64,000 nucleotides of DNA from Candidatus Cloacimonadales bacterium (GTDB lineage Bacteria; Cloacimonadota; Cloacimonadia; Cloacimonadales; DAONDQ01): contig OY759316.1 in assembly GCA_963662275.1 (NCBI GenBank), forward strand, positions 3,232,001 to 3,296,000, given 5' to 3'. Shown here piece after piece: positions 11,259 through 21,048 of the stretch (the first letter of the stretch is position 1; every line of letters begins with the position of its first letter). A program made the position numbers and the translations under genes. Under the pieces are notes generated by a model that saw only the letters and a program-made list of their open reading frames with translations, was not told where the DNA came from and did no database searches.

Positions 11259-11390
11259 CCTGTTTCAATCCTGTTTCATACCAGTTTCATTCCTGTTTCA
11301 TACCAGTTTCATTCCTGTTTCATTCCTGTTTCGTAAAACAGGAATGAGATTAGTATGGAATTAGTATGAGATTGGATTTAGATTGGTAGT
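11259..11390. repeat. 11-bp-period tandem array (CCWGTTTCAWW x7) followed by degenerate inverted units
   Basis: Read directly; a related array lies at 37869. Confidence 0.9.
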
Positions 11391-11456
11391 ATCTTATCGT
11401 TATCCTTGGGGAATGGGTAGGAATAGATAAGTATTTATATTGTATTTATATGTTCA

Positions 11457-12317
11457 TCAGGTAGTCTCACCCGTTTTGGGGAGGGCTTTCGAAATAGGAA
11501 TAAGGTCGTAACCCAAGTCTTTGACTTGCTGAATAAAGGATTGTATTTGCTCAAGCTTCCTGGCATTATGACAATGACCTATCACGATTACAGTACCGGT
11601 TGCTGCACCAATCTTCTCTAAATCCTTGATCTTGGCTATTGTGTTTTCCGGTGAAGTATCGGGTACATCCAGGAATATCCTGCGTCTGGCAGTAGGAATA
11701 CCTACTTGATTTGCTGCCTTTGCCACCATAGATTCGGAAGTTGTTGCGCTATCGATGAAGAACATGTTATGTTTCTTCAGCACTTGCAGGACTGCAATCA
11801 TATTTGCAAGATTTCCGGTAATAGCACTGCCTTCATGATTATTTGCCCCAATGCAATATGGCAGTTCATCGATATAATCTTCCACTCTCTGTGAAATTTG
11901 ATCGCCTGTCATGGACATCAGGATAGCATTGGAACCTGGATTGTTTTCTTTGAAATTAATGGGTTGCATCGGTATATGAATAATCGTCTCATGACCGGAG
12001 GCAACCGCTTTTTTCATTGCGGTTTTCGAATATGCAAGCCCAGGCATAATCGCAAAGGAGACTTTCGAATCAAGCTCACAGAATGCTTGGAGTAAATCTC
12101 CCCCATTAGCGCCGAAATCATCGATAATTAAAGCAACTTTAATGTTCCCTGAATTTTCCTGGGGTGTTTCCTGTTTTATTTTTGGTTTTTTATGTTCAGT
12201 TTGTTTCTTTTCGACTTTTGGCATTTCAGAAATCTCAGTTTTCTGTTTACATGAATTAAGTGTCATTGCTGCAATCATGATCATAGCCAGGATGATCGTT
12301 ACATAAAATAGTTTCAC
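11457..12317 (-). CDS. Divergent polysaccharide deacetylase family (YibQ-like) protein, possible lipoprotein
   Basis: 'ALIIDDFG', 'HIPMQP', 'NNHEGS', 'FIDSAT', 'IFLD', 'IGH'; GTG start at 12317 after GAGGAG; 'LNSC' possible lipobox. Confidence 0.85.
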   Translation of the reverse strand: MKLFYVTIILAMIMIAAMTLNSCKQKTEISEMPKVEKKQTEHKKPKIKQETPQENSGNIKVALIIDDFGANGGDLLQAFCELDSKVSFAIMPGLAYSKTAMKKAVASGHETIIHIPMQPINFKENNPGSNAILMSMTGDQISQRVEDYIDELPYCIGANNHEGSAITGNLANMIAVLQVLKKHNMFFIDSATTSESMVAKAANQVGIPTARRRIFLDVPDTSPENTIAKIKDLEKIGAATGTVIVIGHCHNARKLEQIQSFIQQVKDLGYDLIPISKALPKTGETT

Positions 12318-12321
12318 AGTA

Positions 12322-12870
12322 TTACTCCTCCGTTGACCTTTGAAATTGTATTTTCGCGCCTGCTTCAATATTAAATTTCTTACAATAACCTGCATTCACT
12401 TCCACCACATATAGAGCTGGTTTTTCGGAAGAAATCTGAGCTTCACTAAAAGGAACTGCATCATAAGCAATATGCACGATCTGTAAATCTTCATCAACAA
12501 AGATCATATCAAGAGGAAGAATCGTGTCCTTCATCCAGAAATTTTCAACTTTCTGATAATCGAAAATGAACAGCATTCCCTGGTTCTCTTCCATCGTAGC
12601 TCTAGCCATTAACCCCTTTTCCCTGGTATATTCTGTAGCTGCAATTTCAATATCCAGCTTAGAAATAACCTTGTTTTCCTGAGACAGAAATGACAGTTCA
12701 CCTTGTTTTTGAAAGATGATTTTCTCATTATCTGAATCTGTTTCAATAGGGGGCTTTTTTATAAATTGAAAATAGCCGAAAGCCATTACGCTTAATAATA
12801 GTAAGAAGATAATGATTCTAACTCTCTTCTTCATGCCTCGTTTTGTGTCCTTATTCTTAGGAATTTTCAT
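12322..12870 (-). CDS. DUF192 family protein
   Basis: 'REKGLM', 'GMLFIF', 'FWMKDTILPLDMIF', 'YVVEVNAG'. Confidence 0.9.
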   Translation of the reverse strand: MKIPKNKDTKRGMKKRVRIIIFLLLLSVMAFGYFQFIKKPPIETDSDNEKIIFQKQGELSFLSQENKVISKLDIEIAATEYTREKGLMARATMEENQGMLFIFDYQKVENFWMKDTILPLDMIFVDEDLQIVHIAYDAVPFSEAQISSEKPALYVVEVNAGYCKKFNIEAGAKIQFQRSTEE

Positions 12871-15789
12871 TTATTTAATTAATAGCATTTTTCGGTTAAA
12901 GTGCTGGTCTTCTGTCTCTAATCGACAAAAATACATACCACTCGCTACTGGACTACCATTATCGTCTGTTCCATTCCAAGTAAGATGATAAGTGCCTGCC
13001 TCTTGTTTACTATTCACAAGAGTCCTTACTTTTTCTCCCCGTATATTATAGATAACCAGCTTTATCTGTCCCTGTTTGGAAAGATCAAAACTGATATTGG
13101 TTCCAGGATTGAAAGGATTCGGGTAATTCTGGTTAAGATAAGATACTGTAGGTACGGCAATAGGATCGGTAACGGGTAAACTATCAACAACTAATGTCCT
13201 GGGTGTCTCATTCACAATCAGATTCGCTGTGAAAGGATTCTGAGCATTGATCAAAGGAATTGTCGTTGTAAATACGTCTACAGAACCCTGCACCATTTGA
13301 GTTGATGCATATCCAAGCATCAAGCTGTTACTTTGAATATTTGATGAGGTTAGCAGATCAATGAAGTTTAGTGAATTGTTTAATCTAAAATTACTATCCA
13401 TTACTGTTGGTAATAGGGTCGCATTAAGAGCAAATAAATACTCAAAATGGAGTACATTCAGAAATAATTGTGATACAGAATTCGAAATACTGATAACAGG
13501 ATCTGAGTAAGTGATCGCTGTTCCTGATTGAACTGGCATTTGTGAGAGATCACCTTTCAAGTAGCGTAAAATTAAGGAAGCATCCATTGCAAGCACATTT
13601 CCATCATTATTTGTATCTGCCCTGTCAAGGCGATTATCTGTCCAAGGGCGAGGATCAATGGATGGCAAGGGATCCAGTCCGACAGAATAATCAAGTACTG
13701 CCTGTGCATCAGCTTTGGTAATTATACCGTCATTATCTACATCTCCCCATGTAATCAAATTCAACTGGTTTCCATTGACCACGATATCATCAATGTGAAT
13801 ACCATCAAAAATATGTCCTGCAGCATCTGTTGTCATGCGGAATCTGAGGTAACAGTGACGTCCTATAAAGTCAGCAAGAGAATAGGATACCATCATCCAA
13901 TCATGATTACCGTCGTATGTAGCCAGGGGAATCCATGTCGTTCCATTACTGGAAACCTCGAAATATCCATAATCGTGAGAGGATTCTAAATCATATTTTA
14001 CACGGAAAGAGATTGTAGGATTCACTATGTTCAGTAAGCTGATCGGTTGAATGAGATAGGCAAAGACTTCCTGGCTATCTACATAATTTTCACCAGGTGA
14101 GTCTGTCAGGTCATGATTTGAGTCTGTCTCCTGTATTCCCCAAGTACCTGTAACCTGCCATAAACTGAGTCCATTCTCAAAATGTTCCTCGAAAATGGCT
14201 GGCTGTAAAACAATGATAGTCGGATATTGATTTCCCACATTCCAAGCATACTGCATATTGAACCTAGTCATACCATTCAATGTGACGGTTAATGTATATA
14301 ACCCTAATGGAAGGTTTTGAAATACAAAATACCCATCAGTATCTGTTTGAACTGAAGGTATTCGGGTCGTGCTCAATTCGACAGTTGCTCCCGGTATTGC
14401 CAAGCCATTCATATCTTTCACATAACCAACGAAGTCAGCCTCTACGATGGTTTGAAGTCTAAAATCTATGGTTGTCCCATTATTTGCACTGACAACAACA
14501 TTGTTTATCGTTTCGGAGACATATCCTGGGGCAGAAGCAGTGATGTTGTATGTACCGGGTAAGAGTATTCTATGATAATCACCAACGTCCGAATCTGTTG
14601 ATATATCCTTATCAATTCCTTCGATATGAAGTGTAGCTGCCAAAGGATGAAACAAGGCATCTGTCACTTCTCCCTTAATTCCCTGTTGGGCATATTCAAT
14701 GTAAGAGAGTAGTGATTCCTGGTTTTGCATCCAGTAAGTTGGTAAGGTGGAAGCATTAGGCCAGTAATCATAACTGACTTCACATGTAATATCCAGGCAA
14801 TTGTAATAATAATAGATCCAATCAATGATGCTGCCATAAACCTGATACCAGGCATATCCGTTTGTAATGCCATGCAAATAATCGGTACTATTCCACATTG
14901 GATCATTATGACTGGTGTATTCTTCCGAAATATTAATATATAGGTCATTATCAGGCGCCAGTTCAGCAATCTTATCCCACGGATAATTCATCACCAAATT
15001 ACCACAATGGTAATTCAAAGCCAGGTTAATAGTATGCTGAGCAGCAAAGTTCATTTGAGCTGCAATTTCCGGTTCCCTACCTTCTGTAGTATTGACAGGA
15101 TCATCAACAAAATCAGGGAAATGCCGATTCAAATCTACATTATGAGCATTTTCACGCTGCATGAGAACATAACCATCCGGATTAAATAAAGGATTGATCC
15201 ATAATTCTGTGTTATTTACAATATTAGCAATTCTGGTATCAGCGGTATATCGAGTTGTCAGTAACTGGATCAATCGAATCAATAGATCATAGCCAACAAC
15301 TTCATTTCCATGCATCGCTGCATCCAATTTTACTTCCGGTTCATTTTCCTCTAAACTGACATTATCCGATATCTTCAACATATAAATAGGTCTATTTTGA
15401 ACCGTTGTGCCAATGGTAACAAGTTGGCAGATACTTGAGTATTGAGTCGCTGTGGACTGCAAGAATGCAACAAATTCATCATAGGAATAATAAGCATTCA
15501 TGGGATCACGAGTATCTTTTGTTTCCGCCCACAGTTGTTCTGCATAAGCTTTCGCCAGGTTGGGTAATTCAACGATTTCAAATCCTCTTTGTTGAAGAAC
15601 TTGAAACTGTTCTCTCGTTACCCAGGTTTGGATCACTTGATTCGATACGCTTTCAATGCTGATATCCAAGCTATTTAAAGTCTTAACATCGTCTTGAATA
15701 TTAGAACTGGTTATATTTGCAGGAAAAGTTGATGCATATAGAATGAAAGAAATATGAATAAATACAAATAAGAGAATGAGTTGTTTCAT
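12871..15789 (-). CDS. Secreted M14 zinc carboxypeptidase with carboxypeptidase regulatory-like repeats, a dockerin-like module and CTD (start revised)
   Basis: 'MHGNE', 'NPDG', 'DLNRHFP', 'NYHCG', 'GITNGYAWY'; paired 'GDVDNDG..DA' and 'DTNNDG..DA'; CTD; signal peptide from MKQLIL. Confidence 0.88.
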   Translation of the reverse strand: MKQLILLFVFIHISFILYASTFPANITSSNIQDDVKTLNSLDISIESVSNQVIQTWVTREQFQVLQQRGFEIVELPNLAKAYAEQLWAETKDTRDPMNAYYSYDEFVAFLQSTATQYSSICQLVTIGTTVQNRPIYMLKISDNVSLEENEPEVKLDAAMHGNEVVGYDLLIRLIQLLTTRYTADTRIANIVNNTELWINPLFNPDGYVLMQRENAHNVDLNRHFPDFVDDPVNTTEGREPEIAAQMNFAAQHTINLALNYHCGNLVMNYPWDKIAELAPDNDLYINISEEYTSHNDPMWNSTDYLHGITNGYAWYQVYGSIIDWIYYYYNCLDITCEVSYDYWPNASTLPTYWMQNQESLLSYIEYAQQGIKGEVTDALFHPLAATLHIEGIDKDISTDSDVGDYHRILLPGTYNITASAPGYVSETINNVVVSANNGTTIDFRLQTIVEADFVGYVKDMNGLAIPGATVELSTTRIPSVQTDTDGYFVFQNLPLGLYTLTVTLNGMTRFNMQYAWNVGNQYPTIIVLQPAIFEEHFENGLSLWQVTGTWGIQETDSNHDLTDSPGENYVDSQEVFAYLIQPISLLNIVNPTISFRVKYDLESSHDYGYFEVSSNGTTWIPLATYDGNHDWMMVSYSLADFIGRHCYLRFRMTTDAAGHIFDGIHIDDIVVNGNQLNLITWGDVDNDGIITKADAQAVLDYSVGLDPLPSIDPRPWTDNRLDRADTNNDGNVLAMDASLILRYLKGDLSQMPVQSGTAITYSDPVISISNSVSQLFLNVLHFEYLFALNATLLPTVMDSNFRLNNSLNFIDLLTSSNIQSNSLMLGYASTQMVQGSVDVFTTTIPLINAQNPFTANLIVNETPRTLVVDSLPVTDPIAVPTVSYLNQNYPNPFNPGTNISFDLSKQGQIKLVIYNIRGEKVRTLVNSKQEAGTYHLTWNGTDDNGSPVASGMYFCRLETEDQHFNRKMLLIK

Positions 15790-16029
15790 CTGGAACATCC
15801 TTGAATCTTTTGCTTCATATTTAGAAATGGGAGGAAATGGCAAGAAAAAAAAGAGCCAAGTGACCAACTGCACATGATAAACACCTCTTAATGCTGCTTT
15901 CTTCCGAATCTGACATGGTTCGTGGGCTGCCATTGCGTTGGGCTTGGCTCATTTTGAGGAAAAATGGAGGGGTTCTTGTGTCAAGGAGAAAGTCATTTGA
16001 TCTTAAAATAGTCTGATGCTCCGTAGTAC

Positions 16030-16222
16030 TTATCCACAAAACAGGGATTATCTTCAAGTTCCATATTTTATTGCATAACAATGAGATATGGCTATTTCTT
16101 TAAATTATTCACAAGTTATACACATGTTATACACATGGGATTAGACATTGCTAACTGTCGGTTTATTTAACAATTACAAGCTTTGCCCTGAGGTTTACTC
16201 CATCTCCTGTAATTGTGGATAA
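16030..16222. promoter_or_regulatory. DnaA-box cluster
   Basis: TTATCCACA 16030-38, TTATTCACA 16105-13, TTATACACA 16116-24 and 16127-35, inverted TGTGGATAA 16214-22. Confidence 0.65.
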
Positions 16223-17896
16223 GTATATCCCGGATGATAGATTCTTCAGTTCTTGTAGAGATTGCATATGCAGGATGATTTCTCCATTACTATTCCTTTT
16301 GTAGGGAGAAAAATCATACTGATGAGAGAACATTCTTTTTCCTGTGATATCAAAGATGGAAAATAGATACTTAGGATTGATTAGCGGTACGCACAAGTGC
16401 AGCTTAGCTGTGTCCAGATCTTTTATAGGAGTAGGTGAAAAATACATTTGGATACCAGGTTGTTTAAAAGTGCATTCCAGAGTGTCAGGAAGGCTAACAT
16501 TGCCAGCTTCATCAATTGAATAGATAAAAACTGTCTCATTTTGGGTAATAGGTAAAACCACTGATGTCCCGTTAATATTATATACTGTTAGATCGAGATT
16601 ATTCTGTACATTTCTAATTCTAGCCTTATATACTAATAAATCAGGATCCGGAGCAGGAGACCAAGTCACATATAAAGAATTCATCTCTTGATAGGCACTG
16701 GTAATATGGGGTGATAAGGGTGGAACTATGTCAGGTGAATTATAACTGTTCAGAAAAGCAGACCAACTGGTCTCAGCAAAATCCAGGTAACCATAATGTT
16801 GCCACAAGCCACCAAACACATCAGGAGTAATGGGAAACCAGATCGTAGTATACCCAATAGAATTATCATTGTAATTATTGTATTGAACAGGATAAACTTC
16901 ATCAAACATGAATAGCACTTCCGAAGCATCATTCGTCAATCCAGGATCGATAGCACTATTCTTAATTTTATTCAGATATTCATGTAAGTCAATATCAGCA
17001 TCTAAATCATTGAAAGTAACACAACTATTCCTAATAGGTACCAAGAGATTTGCCTGGGTTTTCCACACATTAGAGAAGCTGTTGATTGCATCCCTAAGAG
17101 TATTGAAATTTGAACAATCCGCATAAGAACAGGAGGCTTTGGTCATATCATTGCTCTGATTCTGGCTCTGCCAGGGGTTATACGAATTCACATATAAACT
17201 CGGAATTAGAGCAGCTAGAGCGGATGGTGTGGTATTACCGTGTATCGAATTCAATATCTCAGTATATGGAAATCCATGAACTGGGACAAGATATTCTGAG
17301 CCAATCACATAATCACAATTCCGATATACTTCGTTCAAGACCTCGATGGATTGCATGCTGCAGGCATCAAATAATAGAATATCGACTTTCGGAATACTGG
17401 AAATTGCTGCTTTTAATTCTCCATTCCAAACTTCAATTGCGCTATGTGACGTGGCATCTGTACAAATCCATTTGGAATTATTCTCTTTATACCAGCTATT
17501 CCCATGTGACCATAAAACCAACATTTTATGTGTTGAAGAATACTTGTCGAAACCCCATTTGGCAAAATCTATTATATTATGATAATCTCCCGAATCGATC
17601 TCACCCAAATCCCTGACAACGGGCGATGAAATATGATTCAGCATGTCATCATGTCGAATCTTATATCTTCGAGCACCTGGTGTTTCACTGTTCACGGATT
17701 CATCGATTTGAACAACGACATTGACATTTGACCCGAAATCCGCTGCTTCCATTTCATTGATATCTTCTATTGCATTTACATTTAAACCATTATCGGCAGC
17801 CATATAGACGAGAATCGTCCAATCAGCAGCAGATAATTTCACTGCGCTGAGGAGGAGGATTACGAGTAGTAAAAACACTAGTCTTTTTATTTTCAA
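16163..17896 (-). CDS. Clostripain-family (C11) cysteine peptidase with FN3-like domain and CTD-like tail
   Basis: 'WTILVYMAADNGL', 'LWSHGNSW' (His), 'FDACSM' (Cys), 'GSE'; signal peptide; TTG start. Confidence 0.88.
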   Translation of the reverse strand: MKIKRLVFLLLVILLLSAVKLSAADWTILVYMAADNGLNVNAIEDINEMEAADFGSNVNVVVQIDESVNSETPGARRYKIRHDDMLNHISSPVVRDLGEIDSGDYHNIIDFAKWGFDKYSSTHKMLVLWSHGNSWYKENNSKWICTDATSHSAIEVWNGELKAAISSIPKVDILLFDACSMQSIEVLNEVYRNCDYVIGSEYLVPVHGFPYTEILNSIHGNTTPSALAALIPSLYVNSYNPWQSQNQSNDMTKASCSYADCSNFNTLRDAINSFSNVWKTQANLLVPIRNSCVTFNDLDADIDLHEYLNKIKNSAIDPGLTNDASEVLFMFDEVYPVQYNNYNDNSIGYTTIWFPITPDVFGGLWQHYGYLDFAETSWSAFLNSYNSPDIVPPLSPHITSAYQEMNSLYVTWSPAPDPDLLVYKARIRNVQNNLDLTVYNINGTSVVLPITQNETVFIYSIDEAGNVSLPDTLECTFKQPGIQMYFSPTPIKDLDTAKLHLCVPLINPKYLFSIFDITGKRMFSHQYDFSPYKRNSNGEIILHMQSLQELKNLSSGIYLSTITGDGVNLRAKLVIVK

Positions 17897-17970
17897 TGCC
17901 TGATTTCCTCTTTGATCTCTCTCCCTTTAGTTTAAGGGAGATCTGGACGAGACACCGTATCCTGTCTGAT

Positions 17971-18242
17971 TTCCCTCCCTTTGGATAAAGGGAGGAATGG
18001 TCTGTCAACTGGCATGTTGTCCCATTTCCCTCCCTTTGGATAAAGGGAGGGATTAAGGGAGAGTTTGATTCTCTTCTCTTCTCTATATTCATATTACAAC
18101 GTTGAACTCCGCACTCTCAAATAGCTTTTTCAAACTCTCCGACCTGTACTTCGACTCCGCTCAGTAACCGCTACTCCCTATCCAAAGGGAGGAATTAATT
18201 TCAAAGATAGACCCCCCTACCCCCCTTCCCAAGGGGGGATTT
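17971..18242. repeat. Cluster of REP-like palindromes (CCTCCCTTTGGATAAAGGGAGG family; CCCCCCT..CCCCCCTT..AAGGGGGG family)
   Basis: Copies at about 17971, 18026, 18172 and 18211; partial or related copies at about 35585, 39210 and 41965. Confidence 0.8.
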
Positions 18243-18360
18243 CCCTGTACCCTGTCCGCTGTACGCTGTACCCTGTCCGCTATTCCCTACTCCCTGTCCG
18301 CTGTACGCTGTACCCTGTCCGCTATTCCCTATTCCCTATTCCCTACTCCCTACTCCCTTC
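18243..18360. repeat. Degenerate heptamer tandem repeat (CCCTGTA/CGCTGTA/CCCTATT/CCCTACT)
   Basis: Direct reading; runs into the buk stop codon. Confidence 0.85.
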
Positions 18361-19437
18361 AGCAAAGTATTCTCCAGCAGATTCAAATCCTTTAAGGACA
18401 CGAACTGCACCTTGACTGAGAGCTTCCATTTCCTTCTCACCAGGATAAATATGCAGTTTTGCAATAAAACCAACCCGCTCTTCTATTTGTCTCACTAACT
18501 TTTTATTATAAACAAGACCACCAGACATGAAGATAGCATCCACTTTTCCTTTCAGTACAGCAGCACTGGCTCCAATCTCCTTGGAAACCTGGTAACAAAG
18601 AGCATCTTGGATGAAATCAGCATACTGATCACCTTTTTCGATACGCTCCTGGACTTCCAATCCGCTATCGGTTCCAAGGTAGGACATATAGCCACCTTCT
18701 TTTGTCAATAATGTACACATTTGTTTGTATGAATACTTCCCAGAATATGCCATTTCAAGCAAATCACCAATTGGAAGAGCTCCTGCACGCTGAGGAGAGA
18801 ATGGTCCCATTCCCAGAAGTGCGTTATTCACATCGACTACCCGCCCATGTTTTATGGCAGCAACAGATATTCCGCCACCCATGTGCACACCGATCATATT
18901 AATCTGATCAAAATCCTTACGAAGTTCATGAGCTAATAGACGTGCAATGTAGCGAATGTTGAGAGCATGAAGCAGTGATTTTCTTTCGATTTCCTTGATA
19001 CCGGAAATACGGGCAATATCCTCAAACTCATCTACGACAACAGGATCAACAATGTACCCAGGAATGTGATATTCTTCAGCAATTGCCTTCGCAATGAAAG
19101 CCCCAAGATTCGATGCATGAATGCGTCCCCACATCGAAGGGTCTTTGAGGTCTGTCAACATCTGTTCATTGATTACGAATGTACCACCATGTACAGGACG
19201 AACCAGACCGCCACGACCTACAACTGCTTCCAGGGTTTCGGGAGGCACATTATTCTCTTTCATCGCCTGCAATACCAATCCCTTTCGGAAATCATACTGC
19301 TCAATAATCCCTCCAAAAGGTTCAAGTTCAGAAGGTTCATGGCGTAAGGTAACAGTAAAAACAGGAGTCATGTCATCATATACGGCAATCTTCGTAGATG
19401 TAGAACCGGGGTTGATCGCAAGAACACGATACTTCAT
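18343..19437 (-). CDS. buk: Butyrate kinase
   Basis: 'INPGSTSTKIA', 'GRGG', 'HASNLG', 'VDPVVVDE', 'HALN', 'HMGGGISV', 'YPGEKEMEAL'; ATG 19437 follows GGAGG. Confidence 0.95.
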   Translation of the reverse strand: MKYRVLAINPGSTSTKIAVYDDMTPVFTVTLRHEPSELEPFGGIIEQYDFRKGLVLQAMKENNVPPETLEAVVGRGGLVRPVHGGTFVINEQMLTDLKDPSMWGRIHASNLGAFIAKAIAEEYHIPGYIVDPVVVDEFEDIARISGIKEIERKSLLHALNIRYIARLLAHELRKDFDQINMIGVHMGGGISVAAIKHGRVVDVNNALLGMGPFSPQRAGALPIGDLLEMAYSGKYSYKQMCTLLTKEGGYMSYLGTDSGLEVQERIEKGDQYADFIQDALCYQVSKEIGASAAVLKGKVDAIFMSGGLVYNKKLVRQIEERVGFIAKLHIYPGEKEMEALSQGAVRVLKGFESAGEYFAEGSRE

Positions 19438-19944
19438 TCCATCCTCCATAGATTTTTTTCTGCCAACCTTTAAGAAAAATTATAATGGGTCAATGAAATT
19501 TATGGGAATTACTGTAATTGATAATGTGATCGGATAAAATTAAACTCTACTCTCATTCTTTTATTATGCTCAATCACTGCTTGATTAGTGATTTCTTCGT
19601 AATGACGTAAATCAATTTCTCAAAAAAGATTTATCTTCCTATGCCATAGAGTTTCATTATTCAGCATCAACAAGTTTAGATTCTATGATTTGTATCACAT
19701 TCTTCAACATCAATTCTGCTGTATTTTTATTCAGATCATAACATTGAACAGAAGTCCATGCCTGAACTCTCTGTCATGCAGAAAGTTTCAGCTTCAAGGT
19801 ACAAGTGCCAGTGTAAAGCAGAATCAATTTTTTCCCAAAGCTTCAGCTTGAAATTTCATGGAAACACCCTCCTCGGGTAGAAGGTTAATTAAATCATTTG
19901 ACATTGTTGTTAGTTCAAATATACGTTTCTTTAAGAGGTGAAAT

Positions 19945-21045
19945 ATGAAAAAGCGCATCCTTGTAGCCACGGGTGGTGGAGATTGCCCTGGATTAAATGC
20001 AGTCATCCGTGGAATCGTAAAAAGAGCAGATCTGGATAATGAAAAATGGGAAGTTCTAGGTAGCATTGACGCATTTAACGGTGTTCTTATCGAACCGATG
20101 AATCTGATGGTATTGGATAGTAAAGCTGTAGCCGGAATCCATGTGATGGGTGGAACGATCATTGGGACAACGAATAAAGGCGGTCCTTTTGCCTGGCCTA
20201 TCAAGAATACAGATGGAACTTGGTCAACCGTGGATAGATCGGATGAGTTGATCAGGCTTCTTCAGATACAAAATATTGATGCTGTAATTAATATCGGTGG
20301 TGATGGTTCACAGCGTATCTCGCAGGGATTGTACGAAAAAGGGTGTCCCATTATCGGTGTTCCTAAAACCATAGATAATGACCTATGCGACACAGATTTT
20401 ACTTTTGGTTTCCAGACGGCGGTAGATATTGCCACAGATGCTGTTGATAAGCTTGTAACCACCGCTGCCAGTCATCATCGTATTTTGATCTTGGAAGTTA
20501 TGGGACGATATGCAGGTTGGATTGCTCTTCATGCTTCGATTGCAGGTGGTGCAGAAGTTTGCCTGATACCGGAAATTCCTTATGATATAGATAAAATTAT
20601 CGCATCCCTGCATCATCGGTTATCACATGGTAAGGGATTTGCCAATATTGTGATTGCTGAAGGTGCGCACTCTATCGACAAAGGAATGTCATTCCATGGA
20701 GATAAAGAAGTTGGTGCTACTGAGAAAAAATTGGAAGGGGCTGCACTCAGATTATCTTCTGAATTAAAAAAAGCCGGCTTGGATCTTGACATCAGGGAAA
20801 CCATTCTCGGTCATCTGCAGCGTGGAGGACGTCCAAACGCCTTTGATCGGATTCTTGCCACTCAATTCGGAGTGAAAGCTTTTGAAATGGTGAAAGCGCA
20901 ACAATGGGGACAAATGGTTTCCTATCATCATCCGGATATCGTTTCCGTACCAATCAAGAAAGCGATATCAGAATATCACCTGGTAGATATCAATTCAGAT
21001 TTAATTAAAACAGCTCGAGGTATAGGAATAAATTTAGGAGATTAA
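19945..21045 (+). CDS. pfkA: 6-phosphofructokinase
   Basis: 'TGGGDCPGLNAVIR', 'IGGDGS', 'PKTIDND', 'EVMGRYAGW', 'LGHLQRGG'; TTGACA at 19898-19903 upstream. Confidence 0.95.
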   Translation: MKKRILVATGGGDCPGLNAVIRGIVKRADLDNEKWEVLGSIDAFNGVLIEPMNLMVLDSKAVAGIHVMGGTIIGTTNKGGPFAWPIKNTDGTWSTVDRSDELIRLLQIQNIDAVINIGGDGSQRISQGLYEKGCPIIGVPKTIDNDLCDTDFTFGFQTAVDIATDAVDKLVTTAASHHRILILEVMGRYAGWIALHASIAGGAEVCLIPEIPYDIDKIIASLHHRLSHGKGFANIVIAEGAHSIDKGMSFHGDKEVGATEKKLEGAALRLSSELKKAGLDLDIRETILGHLQRGGRPNAFDRILATQFGVKAFEMVKAQQWGQMVSYHHPDIVSVPIKKAISEYHLVDINSDLIKTARGIGINLGD

Positions 21046-21048
21046 GAA

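Noticed and set aside
11259..11390. CRISPR array
   Set aside because: Units are 11 bp and contiguous with no unique spacers; no cas genes in the window.
17823..18092. 89-aa ORF
   Set aside because: It is a translation of REP-like palindromes.
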